Source: Gemmatimonadota bacterium (GTDB lineage Bacteria > Gemmatimonadota > Gemmatimonadetes > Gemmatimonadales > Gemmatimonadaceae). From it: a stretch of 64,000 nucleotides of DNA. Under the pieces are notes generated by a model. That model saw nothing but the letters and a program-made list of their open reading frames with translations, was not told the origin of the DNA and did no database searches. A program made the translations under genes and the position numbers. Below, piece after piece: positions 20,858 through 29,737 of the stretch (position 1 is the stretch's first letter; the number at the start of each line of letters is the position of its first letter). The stretch covers positions 52,882 to 116,881 of the forward strand of contig JAZJZK010000006.1 in assembly GCA_040389905.1 (NCBI GenBank), written 5' to 3'.

Positions 20858-21879
20858 GTGCGCTTCCAGTACGCCACCTTCTCCAGCACGTCGTTGATGG
20901 AAATCCTCTGCATTCGACCGGTCCGGTTCTCCATCGAGATGGGATAGTCTTCGCCGGGGTCGCCGTACGCGTCGATCAGCAGATCATGGTAGCGGCGGTA
21001 CGGTCCAACGCGTTTGGGATTCGTGTAGCCCATGAGGGAGATCACCGGCCGGTCGAGTGCGATCGTCATGTGCAGCGGCCCGGTGTCCGGCGAGAGCACC
21101 AGCGCGGCGCCGTCGAGGATACCCACGAGGTTGCGAAGGCCACTCCCAAGCGCGGAAAACACCGGCGCGCTCACTTGACCAAGGATCACCTGCTCGGCGG
21201 CGAGCTCGCGCGGCGATCGTCCGCCGACGAGGACCGGCTGCAATCCGAAGTCGCTCCAGAGCGCATCGCACACCGATGCCCAGCGCTCCGGCATCCAGTC
21301 CTTTTCCGGCTTGCTCGTCGCGATCACAATCGGCGCAATCGGCCGTTCGAATTGTGAGAGAAACTCCCGCTGCCACGCCCGCTCGTGATCCCACGGTCCG
21401 AGATCCCAGATGACCGGCTCGTGCGGAACGCCGAGTGCCTCGAGGAACTCGAAATACTGGTCCTGCACGTGACGTCCCTCGCGTGCGGGGACGCGATGGG
21501 TGGTGAACAGCCAGTTCAGGTCGCGCGCGCGGGCACGGTCGAATCCCAGTTTCACGGGCGCGGTGGTGAACGAGGTGACGATGCCTGCCTTGAAATACAC
21601 CTGGAGCGCGAGCACGACGTCGAACGTCTGCTGCGCCAGTGCCCGACGCACCGCAGGGTACGCGCGCCAACCGCGCGATCGATCGAACTCGATGATCTCG
21701 TCGACCGCCCAGTGGCCGCGCACGAGCGCCGCGGCGCCGGGTTGAAGCACCCAGGTAATCCAAACGTCTGGCGCGTGGCGCTTCAGTGCCGTGATGACAG
21801 GCAAAACGTGCACGGCGTCACCGACCGCCGACATCATCACGATGCCGACTCGGCGCAGCGGAGTCGTGAGCATCGTCAA
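20824..21879 (-). CDS. Glycosyltransferase family 9 (LPS heptosyltransferase-like)
   Basis: MSAVGDAVH, KDW, DTGPLH motifs. Confidence 0.9.
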   Translation of the reverse strand: MTMLTTPLRRVGIVMMSAVGDAVHVLPVITALKRHAPDVWITWVLQPGAAALVRGHWAVDEIIEFDRSRGWRAYPAVRRALAQQTFDVVLALQVYFKAGIVTSFTTAPVKLGFDRARARDLNWLFTTHRVPAREGRHVQDQYFEFLEALGVPHEPVIWDLGPWDHERAWQREFLSQFERPIAPIVIATSKPEKDWMPERWASVCDALWSDFGLQPVLVGGRSPRELAAEQVILGQVSAPVFSALGSGLRNLVGILDGAALVLSPDTGPLHMTIALDRPVISLMGYTNPKRVGPYRRYHDLLIDAYGDPGEDYPISMENRTGRMQRISINDVLEKVAYWKRTYGSSVNVPKR

Positions 21880-21894
21880 AGATAGTTCGGGCGC

Positions 21895-23010
21895 TCAGAC
21901 GAGCTGCAATCGTGGCGCAATCGGGAGTTCGTCGACGACGGAGAGAATGTCTCGCGACGTCACACCGGCGGGGCTTCCGCGGGAGAGCATGACGGAATCG
22001 CCCGTCCCCTGCGGAAAGCGGCGCATCGGCTGGCCAGGTGTGTACACGCCGACGACCGGTACGCCGAACGCTCCGGCGAGGTGGAGCGACGACGAGTCGT
22101 GGCCGATGAAGAGGTGCGAAAGCGAAATCGCCGCGGCGGCGTCGGATGACGAACCGCCGCCGAGCTTGTTCACATAGCGCCACGCCGCCGACCCTGCGGC
22201 ACGATGTACCGCGTTGAGCTCCGACGGCGATCCAATCCAGAGCGGATCGAAGCCGCGACGCCCGAGTTCAACCGCGACGCGTATCCATTGCTTGAGGTCG
22301 ACGGACTCGCCCCGGATGGCGGAAAATGGCCGCAACGAAACGGGCCGCGACCCGAGCAAGAGGCGGAAGCGCTCACGACGAGAGCTCAGTGGGGCGGCAT
22401 TCAACTGGTAGCGAAGTAACTCCGGCTTCCAGATGGCGAGCGGCGCAAGGAGGTCTGTCAGTTCGTGAAGCACAGGCCGGATTTCGCGGCCCGCGGCAAT
22501 GACGTCAGTCAGGAAACGGTCCCCCAGCCCGCCGGCGTGCCCGATCCGCCGTCGAGCGCCGGCAAGCGTCGCGACGAGCGTCGCCCGCCACTCCGGCGAC
22601 AGCAGCACCGCGATATCGAAATGCTCCTTGCGCACCCGAACCACGCTCTGCGCGAATGAGCCGAGTGCGCCGCGGCCCCGCCACAGTGCGTTGCTGTTGC
22701 CCGCCGTCATTTCGATGGCGTCCACGTCGGGAATCAGCGCGGCAATCGAGGCGGAGCGCGGGCCGCACAACATCGAAATCTCGCAGCGCGGATACCGCGC
22801 GCGGAGAAGTGGCATCAACGCTGATGCGAACACCATTTCGCTGGCGTCCCCCGGCGACACGACGAGGATTTTGTGTGACGGACCCTCGTCCTCGAGCCTC
22901 GACAGGCGCAGCGCCGGCAGGGACGGCGAAGCGCTGGTTCGACGCCCACGATACGCGCCGCTGGTCTGCTCGCGGCGCTGGCGGCTTGGAAGGAGAGGGA
23001 ACACGCGCAA
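21895..23010 (-). CDS. Divergent glycosyltransferase family 9 protein
   Basis: LRARYP, HDSSSLHLAGAFGVPVVGVY. N-terminal GD motif altered. Start uncertain. Confidence 0.75.
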   Translation of the reverse strand: MRVFPLLPSRQRREQTSGAYRGRRTSASPSLPALRLSRLEDEGPSHKILVVSPGDASEMVFASALMPLLRARYPRCEISMLCGPRSASIAALIPDVDAIEMTAGNSNALWRGRGALGSFAQSVVRVRKEHFDIAVLLSPEWRATLVATLAGARRRIGHAGGLGDRFLTDVIAAGREIRPVLHELTDLLAPLAIWKPELLRYQLNAAPLSSRRERFRLLLGSRPVSLRPFSAIRGESVDLKQWIRVAVELGRRGFDPLWIGSPSELNAVHRAAGSAAWRYVNKLGGGSSSDAAAAISLSHLFIGHDSSSLHLAGAFGVPVVGVYTPGQPMRRFPQGTGDSVMLSRGSPAGVTSRDILSVVDELPIAPRLQLV

Positions 23011-23070
23011 GGTTCAGGGCGATGGATCAGCGTATCCACAGGTTGTGACTAGGATACCGGGCTGGACAGA

Positions 23071-23847
23071 TCAGTATTCCACCCGAGTGGCCGCATCGCA
23101 AGAGACTCGGGAGAACTCCTCCAGCTCCCCTCCATCGAACACCGCGCCGCGCTCATCACGCCACTTACGGGCGGATCTGGAGAGTCGCGCAGTGTTCGCT
23201 CGCACCAGCTGTTCGTCGCCGGGAGTGCCGAATTGCACAACGTCCACATCCAGCACCCAGGCGTGAGGAACACTGTCGCCGGCGGTGATGAGAATGTTCT
23301 TGACGTTCAGGTCCGGATGCCGCACGCCGGCCTTGGCGAGACCAGCCAGCAGGGTCCTCGCCGCCGACCACGCAGCGGAGCGCGACGCTGACGATTCCCC
23401 CGGCATCATGTAGGTCGCAAGGTCACGACTGTCGCCGATTTCCTGCGTCACGACGTCCGCTCGCCGCGCAATGCCGCCCACCGATACGACGCCGTACATC
23501 AACACGGGAGGCGTTCGAACCCCAGCCGCTATCAATCGGTTTGCGATCGCAAGCTCGCGCGGCGCTCGCGTCGGCGGCAGGAAGAGGTCGCGCGTAATGG
23601 GAGCGAATAGGCCCCCGTGCCGATTCCTGCGAACCACGGCCCGCGTGCCCGACACCGGCAGGGCGATGGAGTACACCGGGCCACGCCCGTGCAGCACACG
23701 GGCGCCGAGATCGCGAGCGGCTGCCTCGTACAGCGTACCCTCAGCGAGCAAGACGCGAGCATCCGCGACCAGATCCGACCGAACAACCACGACGCACCGG
23801 CCAGCCTCGAGTCGCTCATAGCCGGGCGTCGCCGCGCCCTGCGTCAT
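23071..23847 (-). CDS. Kdo kinase / InaA-family lipopolysaccharide kinase
   Basis: RRNRHGGL, catalytic HPDLNVKNIL, VLDVD, RLSRSARK. ATG overlaps the cyclase stop. Confidence 0.8.
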   Translation of the reverse strand: MTQGAATPGYERLEAGRCVVVVRSDLVADARVLLAEGTLYEAAARDLGARVLHGRGPVYSIALPVSGTRAVVRRNRHGGLFAPITRDLFLPPTRAPRELAIANRLIAAGVRTPPVLMYGVVSVGGIARRADVVTQEIGDSRDLATYMMPGESSASRSAAWSAARTLLAGLAKAGVRHPDLNVKNILITAGDSVPHAWVLDVDVVQFGTPGDEQLVRANTARLSRSARKWRDERGAVFDGGELEEFSRVSCDAATRVEY

Positions 23848-25457
23848 TCCTTTCTGACGCGGAAGACTTTGACGGGCTGGCTCTTGTTCTTCAATTCCAT
23901 CGGGGGACACTCATCGAGCAGCGGCGGTGCCGTCAGCGCACTGCGGAAATCGTCCGAAATCAGGATCTCCGCCGCAGCGGCTGCTCCGCACAGGCGGCTG
24001 GCCGTGTTCACCGTGTCTCCGATCACCGTGAACTCGAGTCGGCGCTCCGAGCCGATGTTGCCCGCGAACGCTTCGCCGAAGTTGAGCCCGATGCCGATTT
24101 CGAGCGGGGGACGCCCCGCGGCAACCCACCCCGCGTTCAGCTTCCGAAGCTCTGCCATCATCTCCAGCGCCGCCGCCATCGCCTGATCGGCGTCGTCGGC
24201 GCTGCCAATAGGCGCACCCCACTGTGCCATCACCGCATCGCCGATGAACTTGTCGAGGGTGCCGCCATGACGGAACACGCACTCCACCATTTCGGTGAAG
24301 TACTCTGTCAGCAGTGTCGCCATGGCTTCCGGCATCATGGTCTCGGAGAGCGCCGTAAAACCGCGGATATCGCTGAACAATACCGCAACGGGCCGCTTCT
24401 CCCCGCCCAGCTTCAACGCCTCGGGCGAGCCGGCGATGCGCGCCGCAAGCTGCGGTGCGAAGTACCGCTCGAAGTTGCTGCGGACGATGCCTTCGCGGCG
24501 GATGCGCTCCGCGAACTGTGAATTCTCGATGGCGACGGCCGCGATGCCGGCAAACGCCACGAGGAACTCGAGGTCTTCGTCACTGAAGCGGTGTGTCAGG
24601 CTCGGGTTATCGACATACAACACGCCGAGTGCCTTATCCTCGCTGCCAATCAGCGGTGCGCAGATGGCAGACCGTACTTGCTGCATGAGAATCGACTGCC
24701 CGCCGAAGCGCTGGTCCTCGCCCGCGTTGTCCGAGAGCAGTGCGACCTTTTCGGCGACGGCCTTTCGGGCGATCGACTGCGGCACGGCGCGCGGCGCATC
24801 GCCGCCCCGCTTGTCGCGTGAGATCTTGGGCTGTAGCTCGCCCTGCGGATCCACAAGAAGAATCGCCACGCGATCGACTTCCAGCGTCTGGTAGGCGTAG
24901 CCGACGATCTTGTCCAGGATCGTATCGACATCCACCGCCCGCGTGAGCCCTTTCGACACTTCCAGCAGCGTGGCGAGCTTCTGCTGGTTCTTGTCGGCGG
25001 CGGCGGCAGCAGCGGGGATGGCGCTGATGCGCGTCATCCCGCCGGGAGCCGTTGGCGGCGCGCCAAGTGCCGCGAGCCCGGCGTTCGAGTCCCGCATCGG
25101 AATCTGGCGGACGATCGTGGCGCCCGGAGGCGCAGCGGCCGGCGGCGGGACGATCTTCTCCGGAATCGCTGCGACGACCGACGTCAGCCGAAAGGGCACT
25201 TTCCCGAATGCGATGAGATCATCGAGCACGGCGGTCGCCTGTTCGACCTTCGCACCGTTGATGAAAGTCCCGTTGCTCGAGCCAAGATCACGAATCCTCA
25301 GCCGGTCGTCTTCGGCGACGATTTCCGCATGACGGCGTGAGATCGTTGGATCGAATATCGGCAGGTCACATGTCGGCGCCCGCCCGACGAGAAGCGGCAC
25401 GCCGTCGCGCAGGTCAAACGATTGGGTGCCGTCGGGGCTGATGAGTCGAAGGGCCAT
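23844..25457 (-). CDS. FHA-GAF-adenylate cyclase (class III)
   Basis: FHA (VGR, ISRRHA, SSNGTF), GAF (SAICAPL..GVLYVD) and cyclase (FSDIRGFT, KFIGDAVM, FTVIGDTVNTASRL). Confidence 0.92.
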   Translation of the reverse strand: MALRLISPDGTQSFDLRDGVPLLVGRAPTCDLPIFDPTISRRHAEIVAEDDRLRIRDLGSSNGTFINGAKVEQATAVLDDLIAFGKVPFRLTSVVAAIPEKIVPPPAAAPPGATIVRQIPMRDSNAGLAALGAPPTAPGGMTRISAIPAAAAAADKNQQKLATLLEVSKGLTRAVDVDTILDKIVGYAYQTLEVDRVAILLVDPQGELQPKISRDKRGGDAPRAVPQSIARKAVAEKVALLSDNAGEDQRFGGQSILMQQVRSAICAPLIGSEDKALGVLYVDNPSLTHRFSDEDLEFLVAFAGIAAVAIENSQFAERIRREGIVRSNFERYFAPQLAARIAGSPEALKLGGEKRPVAVLFSDIRGFTALSETMMPEAMATLLTEYFTEMVECVFRHGGTLDKFIGDAVMAQWGAPIGSADDADQAMAAALEMMAELRKLNAGWVAAGRPPLEIGIGLNFGEAFAGNIGSERRLEFTVIGDTVNTASRLCGAAAAAEILISDDFRSALTAPPLLDECPPMELKNKSQPVKVFRVRKE

Positions 25458-25513
25458 TCGGGACGAATATGCTTGTTGGGGAGCCCACTGCATAGGGCGC
25501 GGCCTGGTCGTGC

Positions 25514-27010
25514 CTACCGCTGCATCGCGTCACGCACTCGGCCGATCGCAGTCAACATGGCGCGCGCTTTGTTCTCGGTCTCCGCCCATTCGCTCTCGGG
25601 CACCGAGTCCAGGACGATACCTCCGCCGCACTGCACGGACGCCACCCCGTCGGCGATCACGCACGTCCGGATCGTGATTGCCATGTCCATTCGCGTGCCC
25701 CCGCCGTGGATGTAGCCCACGGCACCCGCATAGGCGCCGCGCCGTTCCGGCTCGAGTTCGTCGATGATTTCCATCGCCCGTACTTTCGGCGCACCGGTCA
25801 TGGTTCCGGCGGGAAAGGTCGCCCGGAACGTATCGAGCGCATCCAATTCCGTCCGCAACTTTCCGTCGACCTGGCTCACGAGGTGAAACACATGCGAGTA
25901 GCGTTCCACCGTCATGTAGTCCGACACCTGCACGCTGCCGTACTCGGCGATGCGTCCGACGTCGTTCCTCCCAAGATCCACCAGCATGACGTGCTCGGCG
26001 CGCTCCTTTTCGTCGGTCTCCAGCTCTTCGACCATGATGGCGTCGTCCTCGGGCGTCGCGCCGCGCGGCCGAGTGCCCGCAATCGGGCGAACGGTGACGC
26101 GACCTCCCTCGACGCGCACCAGCAGCTCGGGGGAGCTTCCGACCAACTCCATGCCGTCGAGTACGAGATGATACATGTACGGCGACGGGTTCAAGGCGCG
26201 GAGCGCCCGGTACAGGTCATCTGACGCAAAGTCCTGCGGTACGCGGATGCGCCGTGCGAGCAGTACCTGGAAGGCATCGCCCGCCGCGATGTACTCCTTG
26301 ATCCGATCGACGTCCGCCAGATACTTCTCGCGCTCGTAGGATGACGTTCCCGTCGCAGGCGGCGCGTCCGCTCGCAGGTCGAGCGACTTGAGGGTGACCG
26401 GCGCGCGCAGCCGCGCAATGGTGCGACTGACGGTTGCGCGGGCCGCATCATATGCGGCGCGAAGTGTGTCCTCGCTGAGGTCCGTGCCGAGAGGCGTACC
26501 CACCACGACGCGCGCCTGCGCACGCAGGTTGTCGATGATGGCCAGCGCATCCGTAAACACGAACAGGGCATCGGGGTTCCTGTCTCCCCGCGGCGGCGGT
26601 GAGGGCAACCGCTCGATGAGTCTGACGGTGTCGTAGCTGAAGAAGCCGACCGCCCCCGTCCAGAAGCCGGGAAGCTCCGGGACTTGAATTGGCGGACACG
26701 CCCTGATCAGCGCGTTCAGGTCGGCGAGCGGATCGGCCGGCGTGCGCGTGCCATGCCACCCCAATGCCTCGGTCCAGTCGTCGACGACACCGTCGCGGAG
26801 CCGCCACGCGGCGCGCGGCGCACTGCCGAGGAAGGTGTATCGGGCCCATGTCTCGCCACCAGCGGGGGCGCTCTCGAGGAGAAACGCGAACGGGCCCTCG
26901 CGCAGCTTGGCGAAGGCGGTGACGGGCGTATCCATATCCAGCAAACAGTCCTGCCAGACCGGCACCGTGTGCTCGGCAACCGCGCGACGGCGGAACTCTT
27001 CGAAGCTCAT
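25514..27010 (-). CDS. trpE: Anthranilate synthase component I
   Basis: LLES, NPSPYM, SSPELL, PIAGTRPRG, EHVMLVDLGRND, GAPKVRAMEII. Start MSFEEF at 27010. Confidence 0.88.
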   Translation of the reverse strand: MSFEEFRRRAVAEHTVPVWQDCLLDMDTPVTAFAKLREGPFAFLLESAPAGGETWARYTFLGSAPRAAWRLRDGVVDDWTEALGWHGTRTPADPLADLNALIRACPPIQVPELPGFWTGAVGFFSYDTVRLIERLPSPPPRGDRNPDALFVFTDALAIIDNLRAQARVVVGTPLGTDLSEDTLRAAYDAARATVSRTIARLRAPVTLKSLDLRADAPPATGTSSYEREKYLADVDRIKEYIAAGDAFQVLLARRIRVPQDFASDDLYRALRALNPSPYMYHLVLDGMELVGSSPELLVRVEGGRVTVRPIAGTRPRGATPEDDAIMVEELETDEKERAEHVMLVDLGRNDVGRIAEYGSVQVSDYMTVERYSHVFHLVSQVDGKLRTELDALDTFRATFPAGTMTGAPKVRAMEIIDELEPERRGAYAGAVGYIHGGGTRMDMAITIRTCVIADGVASVQCGGGIVLDSVPESEWAETENKARAMLTAIGRVRDAMQR

Positions 27011-27062
27011 GGCAGTATCACGCGCGCTTGTCCGGACCTCACACGCAAACGAACTTTCATCG

Positions 27063-29147
27063 ATGCATCGCTTGGTTGGTGCGGCCTGCGCCGCTTGCTG
27101 TTTGTCGTTGGCGCTCGCACCGGCATCGGCGAACGCCCAGGCGTGGAACGATCCACGTTCGCGTGAGCTCGTCGAGCGGGCAACCGCTCGTCGCGCCCAG
27201 CAGCTCGCGGACACCGGTCTCAAGGACTACAAGGCCCTTGCGCACGGATACGTCACATTCCTCGCCGCGGTCGGTGAGGGACTCGCCGAGCCGCCGAAGG
27301 TCGTAAAGGCCGACGAGCTGATGAATGAAGTCTATTGGCTCGCGCCCAACCTGAGCAAGCAGCGCATCCTTGGGCGGCGTGACACGCTACTCCTGCCCAC
27401 CGACATCGCCTACCACCGCGATCACCTGGGCATCGTCCAGAACAACTTTCCCGCAATCATCCGCCTTGGCGATGGCGATGAAGTCATCGACGTCCCCCAT
27501 CCGCTGTCGGATGTCGGGCTCGCCACCTACGATTTCGCCATCAGTGACTCGCTGTCGTTCCAGTATCCCGGACGCACCGTGCGGATGCTCGAGGTGAAGG
27601 TCCGTCCAAAGAACGACCGGCAACCGCGCATCATCGGCGCGCTCTATATCGATCGAGACGATGCGCAGGTCGTCCGCATGGCGTTCAATTTCACGCGCGC
27701 CGCCTTTCGCGACAACGCCCTCGAAGACCTGTTCGTCATCATCGAGAACAGCCTCGTGAGCGGGCGCTTCTGGCTCCCACACCGGCAGGAGATTGAAATC
27801 AGGCGCGGCGGCACGTGGCTCGACTACCCGATCAGAGGCATCATTCGCGGCCGATGGGACATCGGCGACTACGACGTCAATATCGGTTTGACTCCGGCAT
27901 TCTTCAACGGGCCGGAAATCGCGTTCGCTCCCAAGATCGTGACGGATTCCTTCCATTTCGGCGGCCGGATACTCGACTCGCTCCCTCCGGACGTCCGTGC
28001 CGTTACGGATATCGACATTCAGAAAGTGCGTGACGAGGCGAGGTCGCTCGTTCGCGCACAGGCTCTTCGGCGGCCACAGGCCCTCTCGATGGCGGCGACC
28101 GGCATTTCCGACTTCGTGCATTACAATCGCGCCGAAGGGTTGGCCGTCGGCGGTGGCATCGCCTCGCGAGTTGGGGGCGGATACGGTGCGCAGTTCCGCA
28201 TGCGCTACGGTATCGACGATCGCACCGTCAAAGGCACGGCGACCCTCGATTGGCAAAGCCCGGCATGGGGCGTCCGCGTGTTCGGCCTGCGTGATCATCG
28301 CGAAGCGGGCGACATGCAGGAGCGCTCTCGCGTGATCAATTCGCTCGCCGGACAGGAATTCGGTGCGGATGCGACTGATCCGTACTCGGTCGAAGGCGCG
28401 GGGATCGGCATCGATGCGAGAACGATGTTCGGGTTTCGCCTGAAGCTCGATGCGTCTGTCGAGCGCCAGCGTCCACTCACCATTCGCGCCACGCCGGCGC
28501 AGGGGAGTTTTGATCCTCTCGTCGCTGCGGCGCCGGTTCGCTCCAGACGGGTCTCGCTCGCCGGTGACAGACCGACCACGCTCTGGTATTTCGGAACCGA
28601 GATGAAGGCGAGCGGCGAAATTCGCGTGGCCGACAGCCGCTCCGACGACCGTGCCGTACTCCCACGGAGTCCGCTCGTCACGCGCGGGTTTGGCCAACTC
28701 ACCATCGAGAAGCCGACAGAATCAGGACGCCTCGCGGTGCTGTTGGCCGGAGGCGTCGTCTACGGAAGCCACCGGCTCCCGCAGCAGGAGTTGCTCTATT
28801 TCGGCGGTCCGGTGAGTGCGCCAGGATACGCCTTCCATGAGCTTCGTGGAGACGTGGCTGCCACGACGCGGCTGGAGTGGCGCACGGCCGTACCCGCGCC
28901 GTCGTTTTCACTCGGTCGTTTTGGACGGACGCCAGCGCAGGCCACCGTCGCGCCATTCGTGCAAGGCACCTATCTCCATCGGGCGATACGCACCGACCTC
29001 ACGCACGCCGACGGCGTCTATCCCAGTGTCGGCGTGGCGGTGCAGCCCTTTTTCGACCTCCTCCGCTTTCAACTCGCGCGCGGACTTCGGAACGGCAGAT
29101 GGAGCTTCAATGTCGACGTCGCACGCGACTTGTGGAGCGTGCTGTAG
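27063..29147 (+). CDS. Secreted / outer-membrane hypothetical protein
   Basis: Signal peptide MHRLVGAACAACCLSLALAPASANA. C-terminal half has an alternating, aromatic-rich beta-strand pattern. Confidence 0.65.
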   Translation: MHRLVGAACAACCLSLALAPASANAQAWNDPRSRELVERATARRAQQLADTGLKDYKALAHGYVTFLAAVGEGLAEPPKVVKADELMNEVYWLAPNLSKQRILGRRDTLLLPTDIAYHRDHLGIVQNNFPAIIRLGDGDEVIDVPHPLSDVGLATYDFAISDSLSFQYPGRTVRMLEVKVRPKNDRQPRIIGALYIDRDDAQVVRMAFNFTRAAFRDNALEDLFVIIENSLVSGRFWLPHRQEIEIRRGGTWLDYPIRGIIRGRWDIGDYDVNIGLTPAFFNGPEIAFAPKIVTDSFHFGGRILDSLPPDVRAVTDIDIQKVRDEARSLVRAQALRRPQALSMAATGISDFVHYNRAEGLAVGGGIASRVGGGYGAQFRMRYGIDDRTVKGTATLDWQSPAWGVRVFGLRDHREAGDMQERSRVINSLAGQEFGADATDPYSVEGAGIGIDARTMFGFRLKLDASVERQRPLTIRATPAQGSFDPLVAAAPVRSRRVSLAGDRPTTLWYFGTEMKASGEIRVADSRSDDRAVLPRSPLVTRGFGQLTIEKPTESGRLAVLLAGGVVYGSHRLPQQELLYFGGPVSAPGYAFHELRGDVAATTRLEWRTAVPAPSFSLGRFGRTPAQATVAPFVQGTYLHRAIRTDLTHADGVYPSVGVAVQPFFDLLRFQLARGLRNGRWSFNVDVARDLWSVL

Positions 29148-29200
29148 TTCCGCGCAGAGGGGCCCGATTCGAACTGCGGTCTTCGGATAGGGCTACAACT

Positions 29201-29387
29201 GCAGATCTTACGGATTCTACGGATTGGCACGGATTGCTCCCTCGCCAAGGCTGACCGCAGCGCGCCAGACGCTTCTTTACAAAAATTGAAGCAAAGACGG
29301 TTGCGGCATGCCGGTTAACGGCCGGACCGACAATTGGCCTGCGCACGGGACCGATCCGTCGGTATCCGTAGAATCCGTAGAATCTGC
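29201..29387. repeat. Long inverted repeat with ACGGAT-unit arms (REP-like)
   Basis: 34-nt arms 29201-29234 (GCAGATCTTACGGATTCTACGGATTGGCACGGAT) and 29354-29387 are reverse complements with 6 differences. Confidence 0.85.
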
Positions 29388-29411
29388 TCCTCCCCCTCCG
29401 AACAACGCAGC

Positions 29412-29585
29412 TCAGAACCGAGCACGCTCATCCGCTAGCGCGATTTCCGAGAGATCTCGCGTGGCTGTAGTAGTGTCGGTGACGCGATTGGGATACATCC
29501 CCGCCGTCTTCCATTGCCGCGAGAAACGGCGCACCACATCGATGTTGCCCTCCTCGCTGGTTCCAATGGCACGTTGCTCCGTCAC
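29412..29585 (-). CDS. Putative small protein (57 aa)
   Basis: GTG at 29585 with GGAGG 5 nt upstream. Sequence MTEQRAIGTSEEGNIDVVRRFSRQWKTAGMYPNRVTDTTTATRDLSEIALADERARF. Ends just before the hairpin. Confidence 0.4.
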   Translation of the reverse strand: MTEQRAIGTSEEGNIDVVRRFSRQWKTAGMYPNRVTDTTTATRDLSEIALADERARF

Positions 29586-29737
29586 GGGTTCCTCCCTCGA
29601 CACGAAACGCAATTGATGTGTGCGGAATAGTGCAGGACGATGATGCTTGACGCCACGGGAACCACAGTGCGTGAAAATGCTCCGCTGTGCGCGATCATGG
29701 TGACGCACGTCGGCAATCGACTCGCTATTCTCGACGC

